Origin: a virus
Lineage: Duplodnaviria > Caudoviricetes
DNA: 41,344 nt
IMG/VR virus record: IMGVR_UViG_3300021408_000013
Span: 1-41,344 of that record
Strand: one strand, 5' to 3'
Shown: positions 9,658-17,656 of the stretch, piece after piece
Position numbering within the stretch: position 1 is the first letter of the stretch
Layout: every line of letters starts with the position of its first letter
Notes under the pieces: model-generated
Told to the model about the DNA's origin: nothing
What the model saw: only the letters and a program-made list of their open reading frames with translations
The model's database searches: none
Translations under genes and position numbers: made by a program

Positions 9658-10088
9658 CCGAAGAAACGATGGAAGAATTCCAAGCTCGCACGCGCAAGGA
9701 GTTTGGCGCCATGTATTATGATCGTCAAGGCAAAGAGATAGAATTGATGGATTGGGGTCATAAATGTGAAGATTTTGACTATAGAATAGTTAAAACGGAA
9801 AATATTGATAGATGGCATGTCAGCACTGTCTGGATAGGATTGAATATGAATCTATTCAGGAAAGGCCCTCCAATTATATTTGAGACGATGATTTTCCTAT
9901 TAGATAAAGATAATCCTGAAAAGGAAAATGATCCCCTGCATCTATACCAAGAGCGTTATCGCACCGAAGAAGAAGCAATTCGAGGACATGAAGAAGCTAT
10001 GTCGGCTTGTCGTGGACAGCTTTTAATTGAGAAGAGAATTAGGGAACTGGAATCCCTGGGGGTGGGAAAAGAGACGGATTCACAATGA
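9654..10088 (+). CDS. Conserved phage hypothetical protein
   Basis: VSTVWIG...FETMIF...RY.T.EEA..GH pattern. Confidence 0.7.
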   Translation: MTEETMEEFQARTRKEFGAMYYDRQGKEIELMDWGHKCEDFDYRIVKTENIDRWHVSTVWIGLNMNLFRKGPPIIFETMIFLLDKDNPEKENDPLHLYQERYRTEEEAIRGHEEAMSACRGQLLIEKRIRELESLGVGKETDSQ

Positions 10089-10494
10089 GATCCTGACCAG
10101 CTAATGTGAACTGTCCCCCTTGTACATATGGAGTAAAATTGCGCCCATCAATGGGAACTGTGTTCCTATCAGCAAGGTAAAAAGTGTTATCTGTGACTCC
10201 CTGTACATAGAATAGTTTATTATTAAGCTGTTCCATGCCTGTTGCAAGAGCAAAAGGAATAGTAATGAACTTAGTAGCTCTAATACTCTGATTATTTTGT
10301 AGTCCATGAGCTGTCTTTGTTACTATCATTGGAAGGGTGTTTGTGATACTTTCGGGTGTGAATTGACGATTTGTGAAATGACTTAGACTAGAGTCCGGAT
10401 TGTTTGGATACGGACTTGCCGGCTGTGTGTCAATGAAATCATACAGCGGCGAAAGCGGATCTTGTGGATTAGGGCCTGAAGTTAAGCTCGTCAT
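10039..10494 (-). CDS. Stand-alone E1-FCCH-like beta-domain protein (possible virion accessory)
   Basis: ITNTLPMIVTKTAHGL...GMEQLNN...TFYL...FTPYVQGG matches domains in 846-1616 and 37823-40267. Confidence 0.7.
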   Translation of the reverse strand: MTSLTSGPNPQDPLSPLYDFIDTQPASPYPNNPDSSLSHFTNRQFTPESITNTLPMIVTKTAHGLQNNQSIRATKFITIPFALATGMEQLNNKLFYVQGVTDNTFYLADRNTVPIDGRNFTPYVQGGQFTLAGQDLIVNPSLFPPPGIPVP

Positions 10495-10565
10495 TTAACA
10501 ACCTAAGTAAATTCTTTACATAAATTCATCTTACTGCGAAAACATAAATAAACCAAGGAGTTTAT

Positions 10566-10721
10566 ATGGCTAAAGCAAAATCAGATCCAGTCTCAAAATT
10601 TGTCACAGGAAATAAGCAAACCAAGGCTCCAAAGCCTAAGAGCTTAACGCCTAAGACTAAATCTACAAAGTCTGGCGACAAAAAACGTGCAGGTGTATTC
10701 GGGAAATCAGTACCATACTAA
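10566..10721 (+). CDS. 51 aa Lys-rich basic mini-protein (not in the ORF track)
   Basis: AAGGAG RBS at 10555-10560; MAKAKSDPVSKFVTGNKQTKAPKPKSLTPKTKSTKSGDKKRAGVFGKSVPY. Confidence 0.7.
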   Translation: MAKAKSDPVSKFVTGNKQTKAPKPKSLTPKTKSTKSGDKKRAGVFGKSVPY

Positions 10722-10840
10722 AAAGTATGGTTCCCCCGTCTCCGGCTACCAAAAACACGAGGGCGTTGCACGTCTGCTTTTACTTTGGTCGCCACACCCT
10801 TCCCATTTTTATTTTAAAACGCAACGGTTCCAATCGTTTC

Positions 10841-10949
10841 GGGTTCGACTCGAACCCAAATTAGTAAGCAGCCTGACGCGTCTGACCCCCAAGCGCTTGA
10901 GGACTACGGCTATTCGTCTTTTACGCCGGCTGTAAACACCGGATCAGGC
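10841..10949 (-). ncRNA. Candidate structured RNA
   Basis: GCCTGA/TCAGGC closing stem (10871-10949) encloses hairpins; separate GGGTTCGA/TCGAACCC inverted repeat at 10841-10857. Confidence 0.3.
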
Positions 10950-10969
10950 ATTGTGACTGGGCCGCACAC

Positions 10970-11185
10970 CTAGCTTACTAAATTCTTCAAAAACGCTGCT
11001 ACCAGCAATTCTGATTCTGACATCTTATCACCGCAAAGAGTACAAATCAACTGATAAGCACTTCGGCCTATCAACATGGTCTTCCCAGCTCCGCAATTCT
11101 CGCATACTGGATAAGGCTCATCTCCCAAGAATGTGCTCTTTGCCAGGGCTACGGGATGACTAGATCCCCATTCAGCCTCTAACAT
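10970..11185 (-). CDS. Small zinc-ribbon protein
   Basis: CENC...CTLC; ATG at 11185 preferred over the upstream TTG. Confidence 0.5.
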   Translation of the reverse strand: MLEAEWGSSHPVALAKSTFLGDEPYPVCENCGAGKTMLIGRSAYQLICTLCGDKMSESELLVAAFLKNLVS

Positions 11186-11297
11186 ATGCCCTCTTATGTT
11201 TTCGCCATAGACCAGGCGTAATTTTAGCTCCTGAGTAGGCAAAGTCCAAGATAGACCTTAATTCCTTACGAAGTTTTTTAACTCTTGTCTTTCTCAT
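11172..11297 (-). CDS. 41 aa basic mini-protein (not in the ORF track)
   Basis: ATGA overlap with the stop of 11294-12208; MRKTRVKKLRKELRSILDFAYSG... Confidence 0.5.
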   Translation of the reverse strand: MRKTRVKKLRKELRSILDFAYSGAKITPGLWRKHKRAYVRG

Positions 11298-12208
11298 TCT
11301 TCACCTTCCTTTCTTAAAATTGCCATCAAATCCCATAAATTATCCTCCAAACAGGAGATTTTTACTCGCAAATCGTCCAATTTCTGGTCAAATTCAGGGT
11401 TTTCTGACGTCCAAAGGGGGTCAAATGCCGATTTATGGAAAATATCTTCATCCAAGATGTTTTTTAGTCTTTCCTGTGCGCGTCCGAAATCCTCAAGCCT
11501 TGAAATGGCTGCGATCGGGAATGCTTTCATGGGATCGAGGCCTCTTGCCTTCATGACATCCCAGATATTATCCTGGCATTCTGTCTTTTTCTTCTGTGCT
11601 TCGAGGTAAGCCATCCAACGAATCATCACGCGAAGCATTGCTCTGAAAGATTCATCTGGCCGGCAATCGGACTGAACGTACTTCCATCCAAGACGAATGC
11701 ACTCCTCTAAATCCTTCGCGCAGTCTCCAGAAGGTTTGAATAATTCCTCTTGAAAATCAGGAATTGGGATTCCCTTAGGAGTCGCGCCAATCTTTACCTG
11801 AATATGCTCGCCAGGTTTTGTGCATCCAAAATCAGGACTTGCAGGTCCAAGCAAATGTTCGCTTACTCCGGCAATCTTGCAGTGATCCGGCCATTGCTCA
11901 TATGGCACGCGTTTTCGCATGAGCTGCGTAAAATCATCAAAGGTATCACTGATCTTCTGGTACGCTTCCAGGATTTCATTCTTATAGGCTTCATTGAGTG
12001 GTTGCATCTTCATCCTCACATATCTGTAGGGTGGATTCAGATTTGAATCCTCTTCCATCTTCCATTTATCGTTTATGATCAATTCTTCGAGTCGGCAGCC
12101 ATCTTTATCAACAACTTCTCGTACGACGACTTTAGTGATTGGCTCAGGGAAGTCAATGTGTCCGTATCCTCCGCAGAGCTTACAGTCCCCGTTGCAACAT
12201 TCGCACAT
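11294..12208 (-). CDS. Hypothetical protein with an N-terminal Cys cluster
   Basis: 304 aa; CECC...CKLCGG. Confidence 0.7.
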   Translation of the reverse strand: MCECCNGDCKLCGGYGHIDFPEPITKVVVREVVDKDGCRLEELIINDKWKMEEDSNLNPPYRYVRMKMQPLNEAYKNEILEAYQKISDTFDDFTQLMRKRVPYEQWPDHCKIAGVSEHLLGPASPDFGCTKPGEHIQVKIGATPKGIPIPDFQEELFKPSGDCAKDLEECIRLGWKYVQSDCRPDESFRAMLRVMIRWMAYLEAQKKKTECQDNIWDVMKARGLDPMKAFPIAAISRLEDFGRAQERLKNILDEDIFHKSAFDPLWTSENPEFDQKLDDLRVKISCLEDNLWDLMAILRKEGEE

Positions 12209-12275
12209 GACATCATCCTTTCATATTCTTCATGAGTTACTGGAATCCAATTAGGTTCTGGAAGCCTTTCTGCGG

Positions 12276-12665
12276 TCAGATTCTCCCCTTCGGAGATGGG
12301 TATGGTAGCGGCATAGAGTCGCTTGAATCGTTCTTGCATTCTCTCTCCAAATACCAAATGGCTTTCTTTAAATCCTGGACTTTGCTACCTTTCTTGCCAG
12401 CGCGTAGGATATACTTGATCGCATTGCCTAAATGGAAGCCGAGTTCAAAATCTTCGATGATGTCGATAGACTCGAACTTCTTTCCTTGATAATGCGATGG
12501 ATGGTTTACAGCTTCTTCTTGTTGAAGAGCGTCTAGTAAACACATTCTATCTTCGCCTTGTAAAGCGGCTTTACATCCATTACATGGACAAGGAATCGGA
12601 AATGGAATATCCCTCAGTTTCAAAAGTTCCTGATAAGCTGCTTCCTTCTCTTCTCTTGACATCAT
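12276..12665 (-). CDS. DUF3310 family protein (T7 gp1.7 nucleotide-kinase-like)
   Basis: VNHPSHY...ESIDII...FHLGNAIKYILRAGKKG...DLKKAIWYL. Confidence 0.85.
   Translation of the reverse strand: MMSREEKEAAYQELLKLRDIPFPIPCPCNGCKAALQGEDRMCLLDALQQEEAVNHPSHYQGKKFESIDIIEDFELGFHLGNAIKYILRAGKKGSKVQDLKKAIWYLERECKNDSSDSMPLPYPSPKGRI
12559..12575. promoter_or_regulatory. TGTAAA-N5-TTTACA palindrome
   Basis: TGTAAAGCGGCTTTACA; near-identical copies at 27324 and 37513. Confidence 0.5.
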
Positions 12666-12862
12666 CAATACACCACCCAAGAGTTGATCCAATTCATGAA
12701 ATCCGTGTAGGTGAAAAGCCAATAGAGGACGTAAACCCATCCGCAAAACATATGAAGAATCGCAAAGAAAATGGACTTGTTAATTGCATATGACAGAGCT
12801 ATTGCAATCACTCCGCCTGGTATGGCACTTCGTCCATACACTCTTGTTGTATTCGACATCAA
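12665..12862 (-). CDS. Small membrane protein
   Basis: IAIALSYAINKSIFFAILHMFCGWVYVLYW, hydrophobic. Confidence 0.65.
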   Translation of the reverse strand: MMSNTTRVYGRSAIPGGVIAIALSYAINKSIFFAILHMFCGWVYVLYWLFTYTDFMNWINSWVVY

Positions 12863-13014
12863 TCTCCGCTCGGCGTAATTCTAAGTTTATCATTCAAGAT
12901 GAAGTACTCCCACATCGTCAGATCTGGGTAGTACTTCTTCACGGCATTAAATTCTGCCTGAGTCCAATAGTAGCCTATGATCAAAGCTATTATAAAGAGC
13001 CAGATACGCCACAT
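12859..13014 (-). CDS. 51 aa membrane-anchored mini-protein (not in the ORF track)
   Basis: MWRIWLFIIALIIGYYWTQ...; overlaps both neighbours at start/stop codons. Confidence 0.55.
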   Translation of the reverse strand: MWRIWLFIIALIIGYYWTQAEFNAVKKYYPDLTMWEYFILNDKLRITPSGD

Positions 13015-13256
13015 TACTCGACCACTGGCGCTGGTTCTTCTACTACTGACTGTGGTTGTTCAACTGGCTGCACTGGCGGTTGCATCGCCGGCATCGGGTT
13101 GACTGGAGGTAGCACTGGAGTTACCAGGATATTAAACTGGTTTCCAGCAGCTACGCCCATTCCTTGGACTTCAAGGAACTGCACAGACTCCGGACGGAAT
13201 ACGGCTTTCAAAGCGTCGATTCCTGCTTCATCACACAAAAGTAAGTATTGCTTCAT
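13014..13256 (-). CDS. Hypothetical protein with a Pro/Val/Gln-rich tail
   Basis: AAGGAG RBS, coupled to the upstream gene. Confidence 0.6.
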   Translation of the reverse strand: MKQYLLLCDEAGIDALKAVFRPESVQFLEVQGMGVAAGNQFNILVTPVLPPVNPMPAMQPPVQPVEQPQSVVEEPAPVVE

Positions 13257-13462
13257 GCCATCTCCTTGGTCTTCTCTTGAATCTCGATTTCAATTTCATT
13301 GACTTCCACTAGGCCGTCAATCTTATAAACTTTCACAATTCCTGGCGCATCGCGGAATGCTTGCGCCACATCCAGAATAGAATCAGTAAAGATCGACGTA
13401 AACACATTATCTCTACGATTGCCACACATTGAGTCTTGGCCTTTTAAAAGAATTAAATACAT
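13253..13462 (-). CDS. Hypothetical protein
   Basis: 69 aa, TAATG coupling. Confidence 0.6.
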   Translation of the reverse strand: MYLILLKGQDSMCGNRRDNVFTSIFTDSILDVAQAFRDAPGIVKVYKIDGLVEVNEIEIEIQEKTKEMA

Positions 13463-14406
13463 TATTCGTCGTCCTCCTCATCGTCTTCTTCATCTTTCTG
13501 CTCTGGAGCTGGCGCCCCTTGAGCAAGCTTTTGCTTTAGACCATTAAGCTTCTGAGTCACAGTCTTGCGCTCATCTTGAGCTGCGATATAGCGCTTCATG
13601 CACGACGTCACAGTCTCCAAAGCTTGCTGCTCTTTCTGTTTAAGATGCTCTTCTGCATCTGTGTAGACCTTAAAAAGGTCTTTCAGCTCTTCGCTGACAT
13701 CTACGCCTATCACTTGTTTACCCTCCTGCCATTGTTTCTTCAAATCTTCTCCAAATCCTCTTAGGAATGAATCCATCATTATATTCTCCTTCTCTGTTGA
13801 TCTTAAGTTTACCGTCCAAGAGTCATTTAGAATCTTGTTGTTGTTCCCTTGCTTATACCCCATCGGCTGAGGAAAACCAAGTAAAGCTTTCACTAGAATA
13901 TCTAATTGTTCCTCTGGAGGCAATAGATTATCGAACCTTCTGAAGATCATCGTAGGCATCGGAGTGCTTAATAGCTTCGGATCGAAATGTTCTAGGATCT
14001 CCGGAGGTCTAATCTTCTTAGTAAAGCTTTGCTTAGGAGTTTTGGGTTTGTATCTACGGAAGATGCACGGCTTACCGTTTCTCATTCCTGGCGTGTCTAC
14101 AGCTTCCAATTTCCAGTAGGCATCGCGTACGGGTGCAGTCCCAAAGCGCTGATATTCAGAATCGCTCTCAGGATCGTGATCTCCCCAGAACTTATTCCAT
14201 CCAAGATAAGCTTGGCGATAAACGTCCTCTAAACTTTCCTTTTCACGCTTCGCTGCCCAGCCTGCTCGCTCTCGCCATCCAAGGATGTCTTTCTCATTGA
14301 TTGTCCATCTAATCGTCGGCACTTCCTTCCCTCTCTTGTAGTCGATTTCCATCATCGCGCTTCGGCGCTTATTCAGTTCGAGCTGAAGATCTCTTAGACT
14401 ATTCAC
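13462..14406 (-). CDS. Protein carrying scrambled MCP-like peptides plus a C-terminal coiled coil and acidic tail
   Basis: FGTAPVRDAYW, NGKPCIFRRY, TMIFRRFDNL and QPMGYK...ILNDSWTVNLRST match segments of the MCP at 1635-2579. Confidence 0.8.
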   Translation of the reverse strand: MNSLRDLQLELNKRRSAMMEIDYKRGKEVPTIRWTINEKDILGWRERAGWAAKREKESLEDVYRQAYLGWNKFWGDHDPESDSEYQRFGTAPVRDAYWKLEAVDTPGMRNGKPCIFRRYKPKTPKQSFTKKIRPPEILEHFDPKLLSTPMPTMIFRRFDNLLPPEEQLDILVKALLGFPQPMGYKQGNNNKILNDSWTVNLRSTEKENIMMDSFLRGFGEDLKKQWQEGKQVIGVDVSEELKDLFKVYTDAEEHLKQKEQQALETVTSCMKRYIAAQDERKTVTQKLNGLKQKLAQGAPAPEQKDEEDDEEDDE

Positions 14407-14677
14407 CTCTAGCCTCAGAAAGATCTGCTCTTAGTGTTTTCAAACGTTGTTCTTCCTGATTTAGAACTCTAATCCAATCAATGTATTGAATAAGATGGCT
14501 ATGCTTTCTTCCTAGCAGGCTCTTATCAAAAGCTTCCTTGTCAGCTTTAAACTGATCCAACATCGCCTTATGATCATTCAGTCTTTTTAAACAGTCTTCC
14601 ACGTTGTTAGTCAAAGCTTTACCCCTTTTGGCTAAAGGTTTCCAGTCGGTTACATTTTGTAATCTACTGAATATCAT
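14399..14677 (-). CDS. Hypothetical helical protein
   Basis: 92 aa; overlaps the start of the downstream gene. Confidence 0.6.
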   Translation of the reverse strand: MIFSRLQNVTDWKPLAKRGKALTNNVEDCLKRLNDHKAMLDQFKADKEAFDKSLLGRKHSHLIQYIDWIRVLNQEEQRLKTLRADLSEARGE

Positions 14678-14709
14678 AAGGAATTTTTTATAGTAAAGAA
14701 TTATTTTAC

Positions 14710-14776
14710 TTATCCGGAAATTCCGGATAACTCAGGGACATGTCCCTTAAATGTCCCGTCCCTGTCCCGTGTCCCC
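14710..14776. repeat. Cluster of palindromes and GTCCC repeats
   Basis: TTATCCGGAA-A-TTCCGGATAA (14710-14730), AGGGACATGTCCCT (14734-14747), five GTCCC units. Confidence 0.75.
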
Positions 14777-14971
14777 TTACATGAAATCTCTCCACGACAT
14801 ACCCAGGCAGTCCATACAGTTGCCGCAAGGATTCCGCTCACAACAGCAAGAGCACTCTTCTTCCTCGTCTTCATCCGGATCAAAATCCTCATCCTCTTCC
14901 TCTACAAGATCCTTACCTTGCCAGCTATCTAAGTCCGACTTATCCCACTGACTCCAGTAAGGTCCACACAT
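14777..14971 (-). CDS. Small acidic Cys-rich protein
   Basis: Poly-D/E tract followed by CSCCC...CGNCMDC. Confidence 0.6.
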   Translation of the reverse strand: MCGPYWSQWDKSDLDSWQGKDLVEEEDEDFDPDEDEEEECSCCCERNPCGNCMDCLGMSWRDFM

Positions 14972-15270
14972 TAAGTATTCGCCTGGTTCGAGTCCGGTTC
15001 AGGATCTACATGGCTTGCCGTAGATTGTAGGAAGAAACACACCTGCGCGTCCTCTAAGCATCTAATCTTCCTCTTCAGTCTCTTAACCTCTTCCACGATG
15101 GAAAGCAGCGCTACCGGCAAGCTAAACTCGTCCTTAAGGTAATCCGGTAGCTTATCACTACTAAACTCGTTCTTATACTTAATCACCATCTCATCATGCT
15201 GTTTCTTCGCGCTCTCCGCATGGCGGTAAAACGTCTCTTCCAAAAACTCCAGCTCATATCTGTCCATCAC
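14971..15270 (-). CDS. Hypothetical protein
   Basis: GGGGAG RBS; TAATG coupling to the next gene. Confidence 0.6.
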   Translation of the reverse strand: MMDRYELEFLEETFYRHAESAKKQHDEMVIKYKNEFSSDKLPDYLKDEFSLPVALLSIVEEVKRLKRKIRCLEDAQVCFFLQSTASHVDPEPDSNQANT

Positions 15271-15579
15271 TACTCCCCTTGTAAATAGGTTTTTTTATAT
15301 GACAATAAATTTTTTGAAAAGAATTTTCTTCAGCTAGTAAGGAATCCTTACCAGTTCCAGGAGAGAATGTGAAAAGTTTTTATTTGTTTGAGAAAAGGAT
15401 TTAGATGTGACCGAGGTCTGGGATATATATATTCATAGTACCGGTTCTAGTTAAGGACACACACCCACCCTTCATTTCTGAGGTTTAAACGGGGCTAGGG
15501 GTGTCTAGGTCGATGGTAACTAAGGGTTGAGTAACCAACCGATTGGATAGAGCCTATATGATATGCCCTCACACTATAG

Positions 15580-16008
15580 CTATGATGGCTCGGCAGGGTT
15601 CTTACTCTTATTCACTATGAAGTCAAAGGCTGCTGTAGCTATATCCTTAGCTGCATTCTGTGCCTCTGATTGTTCCCAACCTCTATGCTTAGCCTGTGTC
15701 TTTAACACAAAGAGTTGCAAGGTTGTATCATTTGAATCAACCGCACGTTGAAAGACTGATTCTTCAAGCTCATCAATCTGTCTTTCTCTGCAATCCTTTA
15801 GTAGTTGCTTGAGTTCTTCATCTTTGTCAACGTTGGCGCGTATCGTGCCACGTGTTGAGCCTAACGCATCTGCAACGCGTGATAGGTTGCCTGAGGTCTT
15901 AACGATGAGATCGGCGATGCTTTTCTTATCAAGTGGAATACCTGGGCGAGGCTGTTTAGCTTTTTCGCCTAGCTTATTACCTTTTTTAGTTGATGGAAAC
16001 CCAGCCAT
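15580..16008 (-). CDS. terS: Putative terminase small subunit (N-terminal HTH)
   Basis: GNLSRVADALGSTRGTI HTH, then IDELEESVF...TTLQLFVLKTQAKHRGW, a TerS-like pattern. Confidence 0.7.
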   Translation of the reverse strand: MAGFPSTKKGNKLGEKAKQPRPGIPLDKKSIADLIVKTSGNLSRVADALGSTRGTIRANVDKDEELKQLLKDCRERQIDELEESVFQRAVDSNDTTLQLFVLKTQAKHRGWEQSEAQNAAKDIATAAFDFIVNKSKNPAEPS

Positions 16009-16150
16009 GTTATGCTCATGTTTTAGTTATGCTATACGCCTCAGGCCGGCGAGGGCCTTTGCTCAAGACTGATTATACTAATCACCTTAACATATCAAAC
16101 GCTTTACTCGTCAAGTCTTTATTTTAATTCATGTATTTTCACCATCAAGC

Positions 16151-16179
16151 TTGCGTTAAATCATACCACATGTTATATT
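16151..16179 (+). promoter_or_regulatory. Sigma70-type promoter for the early gene cluster
   Basis: TTGCGT-N17-TATATT with TG extension; imperfect inverted repeat flanks the -10 box. Confidence 0.55.
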
Positions 16180-16295
16180 ACATGGTATAACAGCGAAAAC
16201 GATTAGTGCTTAGTGATAAGATCCTAAGTGACGAAAGAAGAGTAAGTGTTATGTGTGTAGAGAGTAAAGCTTAACGTAAACAATAGAGGGATAAC

Positions 16296-16475
16296 ATGAG
16301 CGCACTAGATAAAGAAATGAAAGAATGGTTGTTAGAATGCTTTAGCGATGAATACGACCAAGAACAGATTGAAGAATTGACACACGATCAATTAGTGCGG
16401 TCAATTAATAGATACTTTGATGGTGGTATGAAGGCATTTGTTGCGTGTTCCGGTTGGGTAATGGTGGAGGCGTAA
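16296..16475 (+). CDS. 59 aa acidic protein (not in the ORF track)
   Basis: GAGGG RBS; MSALDKEMKEWLLECFSDEYDQEQIEELTHDQLVRSINRYFDGG... Confidence 0.65.
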   Translation: MSALDKEMKEWLLECFSDEYDQEQIEELTHDQLVRSINRYFDGGMKAFVACSGWVMVEA

Positions 16476-16476
16476 G

Positions 16477-16749
16477 ATGGAATTAGTTTACCTAGAAGAT
16501 ATGCTGAGTGATGAAGCTATAGAGGAAATATGCCAGTCAGGTAGTAATGACGAGGCAGTTAAGAAATGGACAAATGAATATCTTCATGAGATGGGGCGGT
16601 TAAATATCTGTCCTTTTGCTTGTAAGAAGATGTTAGAGGGTTATGACTTTGGACCTGTTGAGGATAAAATGGAATGGATGGAGCGTGCAATATGGTGCGC
16701 TGCCTGGAATGTATTTGAATCAAGTAATCAAATGGAGATGACACAATGA
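16477..16749 (+). CDS. Acidic hypothetical protein
   Basis: GGAGG RBS; member of the coupled early cluster. Confidence 0.7.
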   Translation: MELVYLEDMLSDEAIEEICQSGSNDEAVKKWTNEYLHEMGRLNICPFACKKMLEGYDFGPVEDKMEWMERAIWCAAWNVFESSNQMEMTQ

Positions 16750-17033
16750 GATATACAAAAGCAGAGATTAAAGGAATGTTCGGAAGATTAGCAAAAGCAA
16801 TGGGCAAGCGTGAAGATGCCGGCAGTTATAACGGTTTGTGCTTGGATTATGCGCCTATCTACGGCGGTTATGTGATTGAGGAATTAGGGCCGGAGGGCGG
16901 TTGCAGTCATCCATTTGGAAGTTTAAGAAGAAGTGGGCGTGAGATGTATTTATCAATGTATATGGCAGCTACAGCGCTTGAAGATTTGAAGTGGAAGCAA
17001 GAACAGTTGAATAAATATGAGGTGGTATCATGA
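16746..17033 (+). CDS. Hypothetical protein
   Basis: LDYAPIYGGY motif; ATGA coupling. Confidence 0.7.
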   Translation: MRYTKAEIKGMFGRLAKAMGKREDAGSYNGLCLDYAPIYGGYVIEELGPEGGCSHPFGSLRRSGREMYLSMYMAATALEDLKWKQEQLNKYEVVS

Positions 17034-17218
17034 AGCCTATCAAAGAGTTAATTTGTTGCTGCTGTGGAAATCAGACATCCGGCCGGCAATGGTGGAATAG
17101 GGATACTGGATACGGTCTTTGTGTGAAATGTGCTGAGGTAATCAGCAAGAAAGAGGATGAAGAAACAATGAAATCTTGCTACGGCGAGAAAGGGAAACAT
17201 TATGCAATTGCTAAGTAA
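17030..17218 (+). CDS. Small Cys-rich protein
   Basis: CCCCG...QWWNRDTGYGLCVKC. Confidence 0.65.
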   Translation: MKPIKELICCCCGNQTSGRQWWNRDTGYGLCVKCAEVISKKEDEETMKSCYGEKGKHYAIAK

Positions 17219-17413
17219 AAGTGTGGGCGCTCGTTACGCCCCCACTGAGAAAACAACTAGTGATAGGAATCATAACACGGCATTAAATGGATTACAAGCC
17301 TTAAGAGATATCGCGTGGCAACACGCGATTAAGTACCGCTGGGATCCGGTTTTGAGTCGAGCACATGAGGAATATTTAAACCTACTCAACGGAATCTTAA
17401 AGGAGTGTGAAGC

Positions 17414-17656
17414 ATGAGCAAAGAAGCAAGAAAGGAGCTATGGGAAGATTACCTAGCCTTAGCCGAGAAATACAGTGAGTTAATGCCGGCGCATGAGTTC
17501 GGATACAAGCTAATTGAAATCAGCGTTAAAATGCTAATGGACATCGCGCCGAGGCACGGCGTGGCATTAGAAACAATCAAGATTGCTACGGAAGAAGGCA
17601 TTAAATGGCACGTTGAAGAACGGGCACAACAAAACAAAGGGGGAAATCATGAATAA
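17414..17656 (+). CDS. Hypothetical protein
   Basis: AAGGAG RBS. Confidence 0.65.
   Translation: MSKEARKELWEDYLALAEKYSELMPAHEFGYKLIEISVKMLMDIAPRHGVALETIKIATEEGIKWHVEERAQQNKGGNHE

Noticed and set aside
10841-10857. GGTTCGACTC as a tRNA T-loop
   Set aside because: It is part of a perfect inverted repeat, and I could not build an acceptor stem, D arm or anticodon arm around it.
12784-13302. Long plus-strand ORFs opposite real genes (also 32915-33376, 23077-23529, 21725-22198, 4293-4727)
   Set aside because: They are antisense shadows of coupled minus-strand genes and lack RBSs or recognisable motifs.
13462-14406. Second functional MCP (same 314 aa length as the real MCP)
   Set aside because: The motifs are out of order and most of the fold is absent; the equal length looks coincidental.
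14651-14677. MIFSRLQNV as another copy of the MCP IFRRFDNL motif
   Set aside because: Only 5 of 9 residues match the copy in the adjacent ORF; too short to distinguish from chance.
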